Positions 50,067 through 64,000 of a DNA stretch of 64,000 nucleotides are shown in pieces. The DNA is taken from contig CM097885.1 in assembly GCA_044892525.1 (NCBI GenBank), positions 28,584,001-28,648,000 on the forward strand, read 5' to 3'. The stretch is from Schmidtea polychroa. Lineage: Eukaryota. The translations under genes were made by a program, and so were the position numbers. A model generated the notes under the pieces. That model was not told the DNA's origin and searched no databases. It was given only the letters and a program-made list of their open reading frames with translations. Position 1 is the first letter of the stretch. The number at the start of each line of letters is the position of its first letter.

Positions 50067-51216
50067 TTCTACAATGCAAATCTAAATCAGGACACTTTAT
50101 ACAGATTGAGATGAGTCCTACTAATTCGCTCTGCCCTCGTTCAACCCTAAGAATTCTAAAATACCCGACGAAAACATAGACGGGCGGGCGAAAACAGAGG
50201 TGGTACTAAGGTATTGCCCGAGTTTTAATTATAGCCTGAAATTTATATAATTTGTATCTATAAAATGATGATCAAGACGTACGGAGAAAAGACATCGGCA
50301 ACGGGTTCATATTTAAAACGTTGTCTTCTAAGTTAATCATTTTTGATATTTGTAACTTAGTTAACGAATTTTGATGAAGTAATATGACTAGCGAAACGAC
50401 TACAATTATAACTTAGAATTCTGTAATTAAATTTTTCCCTTTTTTAATTGAAAAGAAATTTAATAGTCCTAAGTATTAATGTAATAAATCTTACACTTTA
50501 TCTAATTATATCTTAAAATTTATCAACAATTAACTTTGTTTAATTTAATCATTTAAATTTTCAGAATCTTGTTTACCACTAGATGATAATTCAAAATTCC
50601 ATTTACTAATTTTCCACATTTTTATGAACTCGAATCATTTTGGCATTTTCCCTCGAAATTCGGGCACACTGGGGCGATAAGTATTAGTGACGAGCCTAGT
50701 TTCTCGTTTACTTACTTCTCCATTGGTTGTGCTCGTCATGAGTGGTATAATCCTCTTTGGCTAGCTTGGAGGTAATTTATTCATTAACCATAAGTTTTCA
50801 TTTTTAGGTACATTTGGTGGGAATCTTTTACTCGGACGGAATGGCCGGGTTTAATTTTCTTTTTGGAATTTTCATATGACTCCCCGTTAGTACTTTTACT
50901 TTGATTTACATCGAAATATACGTTGATAATTTGTTGATAATTTATAAAGTTGGTTTTTCTTTTTGATAATGTTTTTGATTTTTAAATAACGTATACATTT
51001 GTAATTTATTAATAACTCATCAAGTTGGTTTCGTGGATTTCAGTAGTTGGTATCAGTTGTCTCAATGCGTTTCCCGTGATCTTGATGAACTGGTTTAAGT
51101 TATCCATGTAGGTTTTATATGGCTTTTAATTTCTGGGGCCGTTAAGTCAACTAAGATGTGTCCGTCACTGCTAAGCTTGGGTTAAATTAAATTATTAAAC
51201 AACATTTACACATATA

Positions 51217-51352
<136 letters not shown>

Positions 51353-51529
51353 CGCCCATATTCTTAATTAAAATTAATAGCCCTAACACTTTCTCCGGGG
51401 GGGGTGTTACTAAAAATAGATTTTAGGAATTGTGACGATTATTATTGGAGCAAAGGGTGTTGATTCTAATTTTAGTTGTGGGGGGAAATCCTAAATCGAT
51501 AATTCAATCAAATTTTGATTTTTTGGAAG

Positions 51530-51569
51530 ATAATAATATAATAATAGTAATAATAATAATAATAATAAC

Positions 51570-51631
<62 letters not shown>

Positions 51632-51677
51632 GAAGAAGAAGAAGAAGAAGAAGAATCTATAACTAATAATAACAATG

Positions 51678-51776
<99 letters not shown>

Positions 51777-51815
51777 TAATAATAATAATTATAATAATAA
51801 TAAAATAATAATAAT
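51530..51815. repeat. (AAT)n/(AAG)n compound microsatellite
   Basis: Directly visible. Confidence 0.95.
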
Positions 51816-51825
51816 CACACATGTG

Positions 51826-52093
51826 CAACATTAATGCAATTTAAACTTTAATATGATTGGTTGTTCCATTTATTTTGAAGGTATAAAACTCTACCATTTT
51901 ATTTTAATCATAATTCACGATGGTCAAGAAAAGCACTGAAAAACCGAAAGATGAACTTGTTCAGCCTGCTCAAATGTTCCACAACTACAAAATGTATTTG
52001 TTAAAAGAACAAATCAATATGAAATTGGTTGCACCGGTCAAGATAATTCCAACTAAATTTCAATTCTTATCCGACACGCTTTCAATGGTAGAT

Positions 52094-52097
<4 letters not shown>
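51826..52097 (+). pseudogene. Fragment of the Polinton 139-aa gene with its promoter, truncated by (AAT)n
   Basis: ELVQPAQMFHNYKMYLLKEQINMKLVAPVKIIPTKFQFLSDTLSMVDV matches the 11287 ORF; upstream sequence also matches. Confidence 0.85.
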
Positions 52098-52185
<88 letters not shown>

Positions 52186-52379
52186 GAATTATATTTCCTA
52201 GTTTAATTTGTGTGCATTTATAAGTTATAATTCAAGTTTAACATAAAATTATATTTTATATTCTTGGCATAGGATCATATTTTTAAATGTAAACTAAGAT
52301 TATACGTTATAATTCAGGCAGGTTTGACGTTTATGAATTAGGTATTTAATATTAAATTCTATTTTATACTTTAGTCATC

Positions 52380-53050
52380 AGATTTATAATTTACATTTCT
52401 ATACATTATAGTTTTTATATAGCTATTTATAATTTACATTTTACTAATCAAAATCCATTCTTAATTTATATTTAACTATTTATACTTTATATTTTTATAA
52501 TCAAAATTGATATATAACTATTTATAATTTATTTTTCATAACCAACCTACATTTATAATTTATATATAACTATTTATAACTTGTATTTTATAATCAAATT
52601 ATATTTATAATTTATATATAACTATCTCTAATTTATATTTTTATAATCAAAATTTATATATAACTATCTATAATTTATATTTTTAGAATCAAGATACTTT
52701 TATAATTTATATATAACTATTTATAATTTATATTTTATAATCAAAATTTATATATAACTATTTATAATTTATATTTTCGTAGTCAAAATTTATCTATAAC
52801 TATTTATATTTTATATTTTTATAATCAAGATACATGTATAATTTATATATAACTATTTATAATTTATATTTTTATAACCAAAATTTTGCATATAACTATT
52901 TATAGTTTGTATTTTATAACCCAGATACATTTATAATTTATATATAACTATTTATAATTTATATTTTGATAATCGAAATATAGTTATAATTTATATGTCG
53001 TTATTTTGGATTTAGAAATTATATTTTATTATCATCATAAATTTATAATC
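52380..53050. repeat. Degenerate AT-rich minisatellite (ATATAACTATTTATAATTTATATTTT-type units)
   Basis: Recurrent ~40-50-bp units. Confidence 0.75.
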
Positions 53051-54799
53051 TACAATTTACAGTCAGTATAAATCCGTAATTTATACTTCTAGGAAATACA
53101 ATTTACAATTCCATAACTAAATGTAATTTATATTTTTAGGAAATTAGGATTATGATTTATACATTATATTTAACATAGGGTTATATTTTATAATTTTTAT
53201 CGTCAATATAAATTTGTAATTTATAATTTTAAGAAATCAAATTTATAATTTATACTTTTATAACTAATCCTAATTTATTTTAAGAAGAAATTAGATCTTT
53301 AAGTATAATTCCTAATTTTATGAAATTGAGATGATATTTTATACTTTTATGGGTTTACGATTTGTATTTTTATAGTCAGTTTAGAGTCTATTCAATTTAA
53401 AATCCAAATCTTGCCGATACGCATGTCGAACACTTTTATGAATGTCATCACTACTAAATCAATCATTAAAGAAAAATCTTTACTTTACTAGAAAATTTAT
53501 TTGGGACATTTCCAAATCTAGGTTCGACAACGTATAGGCAGAGTCGGTTCTTGATGATATTCAACCGTCTACATTAAGTGTGAATTGTAGAATTGTGATT
53601 AATTTAGGTCTGAGATCTACTCTGTTTATTAACCTTAGTGCATTGTATTGTGATGATTTTGGATGTAGATTTTAATTATGTAAGTTATTCATGTGTTGAG
53701 AGTCGGGAAGAGCGCTTGCTTTCGCGGCCCCACTGTGACCACTACGACAAGCCTTACTGTTGTGTTGGGTTGAAACCTACCGTGGTCGACCGTTAATAAA
53801 TAATTAGAGCCATAACAGAGGGGTTTTATCGACACAACTCCGTGGCAGAACCATTGAAGTGGACGACCTCCGATGACTGAACAAAAAAAAATAATATAAT
53901 AGAGAGAGTGCGTGTCTGCATGTGAATATAGATTTTGTCACTGGTTGAATGTAGGACTGAACAGAGACGCAGGTGCATCAATACGCCGCTGATCACTCGT
54001 ACATTCAATAAAAAAAAATAAAAAGGGTTAAGTTGAAAAACAAATAATAATATTATTAAACATCAATAAATAAAATACCAAAGCTTACTATTGAATGAAA
54101 TTGAAAAGTTTCTCAAGAAAATAATTTGGCATAAAGAGTGTTTTTGTGACTAAAATGCGTCGGTATATATACCTATTTTTGTGTGTGCAAGTACACGTGT
54201 ATGTATTGATGCATTAAAACAAACTCGAATTCTTTTTATTCTAGAATTTTCTATTTTCTATTTTTGATATTTTTAATGGCAATTTTAGTGCCATAATTTT
54301 TGTTTTTATTTTTAAATTTTTATTTTTTAATTATTTTTTTGCTAAATTTACCTCCATGATGGATTTGGAACGGTTCCAGAACATTCCATATTAATTTTAA
54401 TTTAATTTTTATTTTAATGATTTTTTCCCTAACTTCTTTTTAAGAATTTTTATTTTTATGACGAATTTATTTATTTTTGTCAACTTTTATTGCTTTATGT
54501 GGCTTTTATGATGGTTATCGCCATTCTTATGAAATGTTCTGGGATTTTCTAGAATTTTTTACTGTTTTTACCATCTTCTAAGTTATTCGAGTCTGTTTTT
54601 TGTAATTCTATGTTTCTTTGCTATTTTTGAGTTAGATTCTTGCACAACTTCTTGCATTTGTATTATTTTATTTTATTTCTGTGTTTATATTTTTTGTTGT
54701 TTTCCCTCTTAATTAATATTGTTTACTTGATGTATTTTTTTATATTTAACTGTACTTTTTGCTTTTTGCGTGCTGTGTACTTACGCATTCTAGTCACAA

Positions 54800-56645
54800 A
54801 TTAGAGTTTTTGGGTCTAGAAATCAGTTCTAGCCCAACACCTATTTGTGATTTTGCTACCGGTAAATCATGGGAGCAATGGAAAATGGATTATGTGAAAA
54901 GATATCTTACTCATAAGATTCATTTGGATTCGTTGGCAAAATTGAAAAAACTGAATTCTGGAACTGGCGTATATCCATCATTGATAGGCAGCTGTGAATG
55001 GAACTCAATGATCGTCAGCGTACAGATAAGCAAGATAAAATTCAAATAGACAATGTGTTGCTAGCTATTTCAATGCATTTTTCAATGCTTTGGCACAAGA
55101 AATCCATGATCACATGGCGAAGTACGTTATCATTCCAGAAAGCTGAAGAAGCAAAAATTATGCGTTTGAATTTTGGGAATGCATCAATGCTTTTGTACAA
55201 GAAACCGTAATGTCTGAAATCCTTAAATCTGTTTTTCATACACTGATTGTGGATGAAAGCAGAGCTATATCAGTAACTAAAATGGTAATTATTTACACAA
55301 AATATCGCCCTGTAGCAACGACGACACACAAAACGCACTTTTCTGGAATTGTTAAACTAAATGCTTTCGATAGCAAGTCAATCTTTGCAACAATCAAACA
55401 GTTTTAGCTTGAAAACAATTTGGACTTAAAGAAGATGGTCATGTTTACTTCAGATGGAGCATCAGTTTTGCTCAGCAAGCGAAATGGAGTTGCTGCTTTG
55501 CTCCGTGCTAAATTCTCTCATTTATCCGAGCAGCACTGCGTTGCACATCGAGAAGACTTAGACATAAACTATGCCTGGAAAAAAATGACATTGATGAAGG
55601 ACTTTGAATTATTGTTTCGAACAATTCATACAATGTTCAGTCGATCAAGTCGAAAAAATCTGATTTCCAAGAATTAGCTAATGTTTCCGATTTGGATATT
55701 GTTTCGTTTAGGCCGCTGAATGAAGTTCAACAGTTGTCGTGGCATTTTGCAGTGAAAGCTTTGGTTCGTAATTATTCGGCTTCAATTGAATATTTTACAA
55801 AACATGTGAAGGCTGAGAACAATTCAATATCCAGCTTCTGTCTGAAGAAGCTGAGAAATCCTCCAGTTCAAGTGGCAATTCTAGTTTTGAATGAGGTCTG
55901 ACGGAACTTGTGGATTTGTTTTGTGTTTTTCAGACGAGCTGCATTACCACAATTGAAGCGGTCCAGTTTGCTAGAGCAAAGATAAACAAATTGAAATCGC
56001 AATATTTAGAAGAATAAATATACTGGAGCAAGGAGGTTGCCGATTTACTTTTGAAAGACGGATATAAAAATGTTAACAATTCGACAATATTGAGATTTAT
56101 CGAACAGATTTGCAATCATTTGCAGGATAGATTTCCAGAAGGAGAATTGAAGGAATGGGTAGCATTTTACACGCAAACAATAAAACCACATGCCAAATTT
56201 GAATTTGGAAATCATGATGTTCTAAAATTAGCGGCAAAGTATGAATATTTTCTACCAGAAATAAACGATGAGAAAACTGAGAAGAAAGATGTAAAAGACG
56301 TAATCAGAGCAGAATACATTGAATTTAAATTTGTTTTGACTGAGAAATTGAAAACAGGAACACTCAAACCTTTTCAGACGTTGTTACTTATGTGCTGTCG
56401 GAAGAGAAATTGGTGATACCGGCGAATTAGTTGACATTTATGGCACTTTTCAAGCTTCTAGTGCAGACCCCGAACGTAGATTCAGGTTAATGAACAACAT
56501 TAAAACTAAATTGCGTAACAGACTGCAAGAGGATCATCTGGATTTGCTGTTGACGATTAAATTTTATCTCATAAGTACACAAAATGTTAATTTTGATTCA
56601 GTTTATAAATTTGGGAAGGATGGGAAAATCAGAAGGCAGAAGTAA
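54800..56645 (+). mobile_element. hAT transposase pseudogene (ZNF862-like)
   Basis: LIVDES, FTSDGASV, QHCVAHR and SSADPERRFRLMNNIKTKLRNRL motifs across broken frames. Confidence 0.85.
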
Positions 56646-56842
56646 GACATCATTTCAAATTCATTTTTCTGAATGTACTGTGTACTGTGTATTATTTCAT
56701 TATTGTATATTTTCTCTTGTCACTTGCCAATTTCGAGACATTTAGTATCACATTAAAATATTGCGATCATCATAATTATTATAAAATTTGAATTCTTTAA
56801 ATTTCATTAGTACGCAAAAAATGTATACTATCAGTATATACC

Positions 56843-57106
56843 CAGGCCCGGCGTGAGGCGGGTACGATGCGTGATTTTCACGCAGGCGCCACGGCGGAAA
56901 AATACAAAAGGCGGCAAAATTGTACAGAAATTTGTTATTTTCATAAGATTTTTATGTTTTTATAATAAATATGAATTAAATTAAAAGTAATAAAGTTATA
57001 TTGTTTTGTTATGTATGCATTTATCGTTTTTTTACTCTTATTATGGAATGCGAAGGCGCTAATATGCAATTTTCACACATCATCTGAAACTCTAGCGCCG
57101 GTGCTG
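56843..57106. mobile_element. hAT-type MITE
   Basis: Imperfect TIRs CAGGCCCGGCG / CGCCGGTGCTG; 8-bp flanks TATATACC / TATATACT. Confidence 0.75.
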
Positions 57107-58750
57107 TATATACTTATAGTAGATCGTTTTTATCTTTTAAAATCACATAATTGTATTTTTGATGCTAACTTGATTTTAAACGCTGCTCAGCACAGGTGGC
57201 TTGCGCGCACTGCTGCTCATGGCTTAAAGGAACGTTAATTACGCTTTTGTTATAGCATCATTCTCTGAAATCAGAAAACTTTAAATGATTTTATTTTTCC
57301 AAGTTACACTCCGGTTACTTAAAACATGTTTGTACTACGTAGTGTGAGAGGAAACTGGTTGAAAGGTTAACTCCTTTGAAAAAAAACTAATCGTTTCCAA
57401 TTCTTCTTGCAGGGTTTCAAGAATACTGTTAGAATGATTTGAACTTTGATTAACTTCTCGAACTACCAGAGTCCTTTACTATTTTACATTTTACATTATA
57501 GAACTAGAAGACATATTTGTTGGGATAAAAAAAACTATTAAAAAAAACTATTATATCCAAAAACTTTCCCGGATCATTTATGAAACATAAAAAGAAATCT
57601 TTATCACTGTTTATTTCTTCACTCGCTCGCATCCTTTATTTCCACAACTAGAAATGAAAAATAACGAAAAACTGATTAAAACATGAGATTAATCGAATAG
57701 ATATTAGAAATTTATAATGATGGTTTCGCGACATATGTTTTTACCGATCTCCAGACTCATTTCGATAAACTAAATTTATATCTCTCAGGGTCGACACAAA
57801 CGGTTTTGGAGCTTTATGTAGCATTGAAGTTACTTATATATAAGGTATGGTGCTCCAACGTTTTGAGAGAAATAGAGAAATAAAAAGGAAATGGTAAAGA
57901 ATCGATGAAATTAAACAATGGAATACGATAAAGTCGTTCTCAATTAATAAATAAGATTTGAAAATGAAGACAAAAACAAAAAACTATTTAGAAAATGGAA
58001 TGGCTTTATCTCGACAACATCTCCAAGATAACGAATGGACTACTGGGGAAGTTGAAAAAAATTATTAGGAAAAAAGTCAAATAATATCGGAGATTGAAAA
58101 AAAAAGCGAAAATAAAATTGGACTATCTACAAGTGACAGCAAATGAAAACTCATAAAATGCAGATAATTAATTGAATCTCACACAAATCGAGACTCAGAA
58201 TTTGTGGAAAATCAGAATCGAAGAAGTTGAAAATTAAATTCAAAAGAAAGTTTTGTCTTCTAACTTAATATCAACAGTGAATCAAATTAATTATGAAGAG
58301 TGATTAGGCATTTGAATCGAAGCAGGAAGACAACGAGATCAATTTACCAATTACCAGTTCAGCATCGGTTATTAAGTGGCAGTTTATTCAAACTTGTTAT
58401 CGAAAGTGCTATTCTTCAATATTCGTTGTAATAAGCCTTCGACAGCAATTGGTTTATGTCCTGAGTATGTGGTGTCATTGTAATTGGAATTGCCATTTAT
58501 ACTAATCATTAAAGGTTTGTATTGTTTGGAATTCATTGTTGTTGTTATCAGTAAAACACGCTTATTTTTCAATCCAACCGTAACAATGTTATGTTAGTTT
58601 TATCTTTCCATTTGAGTATCATTATCTTGTTTTTTCTAAAACTTATAGTTTTCATTTTTTTAGTTTTTTACTTTTAAATTCATTTGGTAATCCTTTCTAT
58701 TTTTGTCTTATGGTGCCATATGTGTCTGTTTTCCATTTTATCAATATATC

Positions 58751-60625
58751 TGGTTAATTATGAGGTTAATTGGCGTCTGTGTGCGCTTTTTACTTTTTTT
58801 GTATTTGGGTTGTGTGCGCACACAGACGCGGACAATTGTCGCATTATTAGTTTATCTCACGTCTGTGTGCGCTTTTTACTTTGTAGATTTGAATTGTGTG
58901 CGCACACAGACGCGGACAATTGTGGAATTTAGTCAAAGTTATTATTGTTGGAGTTATGTTTTCTGGAATTGTAGTTTTATAGAATTGATTTATAATTTTG
59001 ATTTGAATTTTCGGACTTAGTGAAATATGGAAGATAATGAGCAAAGACACAACGAATTATTAAATGAAAACACATCAATGAGGACGGTTCAGAGTTATTT
59101 TGCGGTAACTGAAATGTTAAATGACGAGTTACGTGCATTTTGGGGAATTGAGGACACGCAGGAGTAAGGAATCTATTGAAGAGCAAGGAGCTCATTTAGA
59201 TAGGCAAATATTCAATTCTGGAGGAACTAATAAATTAGTTAACGTCATTACAATCACACAAAATATTCAAGAAAAAAGGAATACAGCAAGCAAGATGAGG
59301 CTTGCCGGGCTGGTGAGATCATAAAATTATCCGAAGATAAAATTGTGGAACCGAAGACAACGGAAGTGTTTAGTAATTAGGAAAAAGACAGAGGATCTAA
59401 CCCCCCTGGCGGCGGTTAATGATATTCAGGTCGACGAAGGGCAATTTAATCGACTAAAAGAAGAACGTGATAATGCTCAAGGGGCCAAAGAAGTTTTGGA
59501 TTTAACAGAAAAATTGAACGAATCGACGAACAGTTTCAAACAACACGTATCACTGGAACTCGTTTGCACGTCTCTAAAGATGAACATGAAAGACAAGGTG
59601 TCGATTGTGGAATTTAAACACGAAGCAATCAAAGAACGACTTTGTCGGATGCTTATAAGAACATTAAGTGAAAACTGGTCACTAAATGAAATGCAACAGG
59701 GAAAAGTGTGAAATATTGAATTGGCGAAAAATGGAGAAAGAATAATGGAGATATTACACTTAAACAAACTGAACAGGGACAGCTGCTTGGCCGAGTATGG
59801 CGATAGTGGGTGGAGAATCCACAATGATGTGTCATAAAAGGTGCGTGGTGCGGCGGCTTATATAATACAAAGATGGGTGTGTGAGGGTTATTGGAGATTG
59901 AGCCATTATGCAGTAACGCAACACGTCTTAAGTGTGTTGAACGAAAAATATTGGATTTTGAAGGCCAAAGTAATGATCAAATAACGTGTCGACAGAAAAT
60001 GCCAAGAATGGAATGGAAGTATGCAAATCATTCACCAGGTGAAGGCTGAAAGTGATAGGATGGCGAGGGAAATGCAGGAAATGAAGGGGGAAGGAATAAA
60101 CTGACACGGGGGATAGAGCGAATCAATAAATTTTTGAAAATTCGGCGTAATGGGCAGTTGCAGAGACCAATGGGGAGGGTAATCGAATCGATTCCTGGAG
60201 AAGAAAGAAAACTATGTGCAATGATAATAAGATGTAAAGGAGAGGAGATATTGAGATGTATCTCCAAATTATGCTTGATTATAAAAGAAGAAGCTAATGG
60301 GGATTTGAGAATGACACTAAGGTGTCAAGGGGAGGGTGGTTAATTATGAGGTTAATTCGCGTCTGTTTGCGCTTTTTACTTTTTTTGTATTTGGGTTGTG
60401 TGCGCACACAGACGCGGACAATTGTCGCATTATTAGTTTATCTCGCGTCTGTGTGCGCTTTTTACTTTGTAGATTTGAATTGTGTGCGCACACAGACGCG
60501 GACAATTGTGGAATTTAGTCAAAGTTATTATTGTTGGAGTTATGTTTTCTGGAATTGTAGCTTTATAGAATTGATTTATAATTTTGATTTGAATTTTCGG
60601 CTGTAGTGAAATATGGAAGATAATG
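58751..60625 (+). mobile_element. BEL/Pao relic between ~290-bp direct repeats (probable LTR 5' ends)
   Basis: 58751-59040 is repeated at 60337-60625, the second copy preceded by AAGGGGAGGG. Internal pieces match 21436-21690 and 22318-22406 in reverse. Confidence 0.75.
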
Positions 60626-61062
60626 AATGTTTGATATGTCGTATTTCAATGAGCAATATGGCGAAGAGATGTCTTTTCAGCAGTGAAACTTGTCCATGTG
60701 ATCGTGGCTCAGCAAGATCGTTGCAAATTATTAATGGAAGTTTTTCAAAACGATTGGAAATCAACGATTTCATTTCTGTAAATCGTGAAAGGACAGAAGT
60801 GGAATTCCAAGATATGATTATGAAATTTCCCCAAAAATTTAAAGATATTCGTAAATTATCTGAAACCATTTATGACATTAACGATAAAAAGATAAACTTG
60901 CTAACTTATGAATATGATATTCTATTTAATCGAGCTCTTAAAAGGATCAACACAATTCAAATGTTTATTAGCCAAAGTGTTGAACAATTATCCAATGTTT
61001 CAAATTCAATCATGGTTCAATCTCAAGAGATTGGACACGTTAAATGGTTTAACAAACAATGA
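60613..61062 (+). CDS. Hypothetical 149-aa protein with N-terminal Cys cluster
   Basis: Intact ORF (CLIC..C..CPCD) starting inside the repeat. Confidence 0.35.
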   Translation: MEDNECLICRISMSNMAKRCLFSSETCPCDRGSARSLQIINGSFSKRLEINDFISVNRERTEVEFQDMIMKFPQKFKDIRKLSETIYDINDKKINLLTYEYDILFNRALKRINTIQMFISQSVEQLSNVSNSIMVQSQEIGHVKWFNKQ

Positions 61063-62917
61063 TTTTGTACAAATAAAGCTTGTGATGCGATTAATTACAA
61101 AGAAATTCTTCTTATGTGTCTTAGAGGTAAACAATATCTTTAATTGAGAACGTATGTAAATATTATCCGTTGTAAGGTAATATAATTGGGTGAGAAATGA
61201 TTCTAATAAAGTTACAACTATTTGCGAAGTTATATGTAGACATGTTTATTGGTAATTGAGGAAAGTTCTTTGTCCCATATTAAAATTAGAATACACATAT
61301 CCATATCTAGATTCGCATAAGTTATAAAATTTTACACCAAATATTGATCTGTTAGAAGGAATATATTGTTTTTATGATAGATTACCTTTGTAGAGTATAA
61401 GATATATATTTTGTAGGGTAACTATTTGCAACAAAATGAATGTTTATCATATCTCTCTTTCATAGATGTCTTCAACCGGGTTTGACAATGCCTCATCTTC
61501 AGAACTGGGTTCTTATTAATGGAGTATGGAATTGTTGGTTTTTTAGCATACCTATTAATTTACCAACAATCAAGTTGCAAGTAAAATCATCAAAAAATAA
61601 ATTGAAATATGCATTTAAAGTAAAGTGACCAGATATATTTTATTAGAATCCGGGATATGTTTTAATCAAAACCTCATAATAAAGGACTTCTGATCACTAT
61701 ATACTAGAAGTCTGTAGGAATACAGACTTATAATGAATGCATTATGGACTACTATGACAAAAAATCTATTTTTATTTTCTAACTAGAAGAGTGTGTAAAT
61801 TGCATATTTACATTTTTAAAAATACTGTATATTAATTATTTAACCCAGATTATCATACTGTACACAACTTACAATGTACAATATTGTATTATACAACTAT
61901 ACATATAATGAAAAAAAAGAAGAAAAAATAGAAACAGAAAAAAAGCAAAAAAACAATTTTATTTTTTCTCTGCTTTCTTTTTTGAAAATGTTAAAAGTTT
62001 TACATGTCTAATGCGGGACACTTCCCGGGAGGAGGACAAACAACTCAAATCCAGGACAGTCCGGCATAATCCGGTCGCTTTAATTTAAACAGATAATAAA
62101 ACATATAAATGTACCAATTTTACCGCTATTATCAGTTTTGGTAAACCCGTAAATATACGGAATAGACAGTTAAGGTGTTATTAGTTATTTATTTGGACAT
62201 TTCACAAGTTTAATAATCATTGAATTAAATAACTCGTAAATAATTTGTTAATAATGTATTAAATAATTATTGAAAAAACAAGCATTTATAAATTCAGTGT
62301 AAAAGTATCCGAACAAGAAGTTTGATTGAGAGAAAATATTATTTGTTTGCTTTTAACTGTAGCTACCATTCTACCTTGAAGAGCTAAAGAAAATATATTC
62401 ATTAATTATATAATAAAAATATTTTATGAAGTAATAATAATAGCAGGAGTAAAAATATTTGAATATAGATGAATTTGGTAAATAACGGACAAGAGCATTG
62501 AATATAGTTGTTCTTATTAGACACATCAATCACACAAAGTAGTTAACACAAAACATTAACACGTTCACGCCAGCGCGGACCACCGATGGGACGTATTTGA
62601 TTGTGTTATTAGACTTATTATTAGAAAATTTAATGTATATTCATCAAAAACATTTATTTTTAATTACAATTATAATTAATAACTTATTATAAACAGATGC
62701 GCAGCAAGAAAATCGGCGCCGGGGTGAACGTGTAAAATCATTAAAAATTGTAGAAATATAGGAATATAGATGTCAATTTTTTATGTTGAAACATAACTAT
62801 GGCGACCATGTGGCAATTGAACAACCACCTGAAAACGCTATTTTAGGAATCACGACAAAACCATGTCATTTCTATAGAAATAATTCATCATCACATTGTT
62901 CGAAATATCACATACAT

Positions 62918-63355
62918 TCAATTCATGGCTCCAATCACTTCTCGATATGTCGGAGCAAATTCGTTTGGGTCATCTCCTTCCACCGATCGTTCGCACTCAT
63001 CTCCGAAGGCAGCCATGTACCGAGAACTATGCAACTTTATTTGTGAATTAACTTCATAACACTGGTGTTTGAAGTGTCCATTCTTGTGACAATGATTGCA
63101 TTTGACAATTGGGCATTCTGACCTTAGATGACATTCTTCTCTACAATCCCAACATCTTCGCATGCGGTTATCTTGGTTTGGATAAACATTTCTCCTAATC
63201 GATCCGTTAAAATGTTTAGTGGGCATTGTTGTCCTTCTCGGAATTGTCCTTGATTTCTGGTCTTTTTCCACTCATTTCGATTTCTTGATATTTGAACATT
63301 TGTTTCCGGTCGTCCCACATTCCTACTTTGTTCGATTTGTTCGATGAAGATGAAT
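62918..63355 (-). pseudogene. Retrotransposon gag fragment with two zinc knuckles
   Basis: CWDCREECHLRSEC and CNHCHKNGHFKHQC. Confidence 0.75.
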
Positions 63356-63361
63356 CTTTAC

Positions 63362-63800
63362 TTATTTCAAAAACAACAATTTCTTTGGATTTGATAGGTT
63401 AAAAATCGTATGTTGTAAAATAAGGCCAATCTGATGACCTGCCAGCAATGATGACTCAACTCGCACTCGTCGAATCATTAATTTTACATCAACCAACTGA
63501 TATTTCGGTGATACACGAACAACAGCTGAATCCAAACCAAATTTTGAATCTAATATCGTCATATGAATATGTACATTAACTCCTGGGAGTGAATATATTT
63601 CAGTTGGTCCATAAAATCAAGTTGTAATGAGTAACACAATGAAAACTATCTCGATTTGGCAATCCATGTTTTCCTAAATTCTTTAGTTCCATAACCCATT
63701 GATGGAAGATACACACTCTTTGTATTTCCATTAAAGTTTAAAATCGTCTCAATTAAAGCTTTGTGTGCATATGTATTGTTGAAGATAAGAATTGGATGCA
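63362..63800 (-). pseudogene. Polinton major capsid protein fragment
   Basis: NNTYAHKALIETILNF and YQLVDVKLMIRRVRVESSLLAGHQIGL resemble conserved Polinton MCP segments; broken frames. Confidence 0.65.
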
Positions 63801-64000
63801 AGATTTGGCTTTTTTGACGGACATGATGTTCCATCTTAACCAGCTCAATACCAAACTTCAAGGTTCCAACCAGCTTGTACACATTTTGTTTGAGGCTGTG
63901 AAGGCCTTTGAGTTGAAACTTCAAATTTTGATGACACATTTACATCAACACAAATTGGATCACTTTCCGACGTGCAAGAAAATACTCAATGCGGGAGACA

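Noticed and set aside
51385..51420. G-tract followed by TGTTAC, resembling PPT plus LTR start
   Set aside because: No partner LTR or internal domains found in the window.
62795..62812. PBS-like TGGCGACCA
   Set aside because: No identifiable LTR pair, and the adjacent gag fragment is on the opposite strand.

Overview
AT-rich eukaryotic genomic DNA with short GT-AG introns and (AAT)n/(TA)n microsatellites; an invertebrate, plausibly a planarian-like flatworm (inference only). One clear host gene: an 8-exon SSDP/SSBP2-3 homolog on the minus strand (32523-42271). Most of the rest is mobile DNA. Bases 1-13619 are the right arm of a decaying Polinton/Maverick-like element: packaging ATPase, ACTACT terminus, and cargo that includes a TBP-like gene, a spliced Bcl-2-like gene and small intron-containing ORFs. 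A young ~9 kb LTR element (1295-10270; near-identical LTRs, TAAT target duplication) splits the TBP-like gene. It has no recognisable protease, RT or RNase H. It encodes Gag-[TAG]-CCHC-Ubl-AT-hook-integrase fused to a predicted FN3/Thr-rich/TM membrane module, plus a second long ORF with an ISG20/REXO4-like exonuclease fold that runs into the 3' LTR. Also present: a complete but mutated Gypsy element just upstream of the SSDP start, two BEL/Pao relics (one with an N-terminal ubiquitin), piggyBac and hAT relics, a hAT MITE, a Polinton capsid fragment and several satellites. All domain calls are by-eye motif recognition; no database searches were run.
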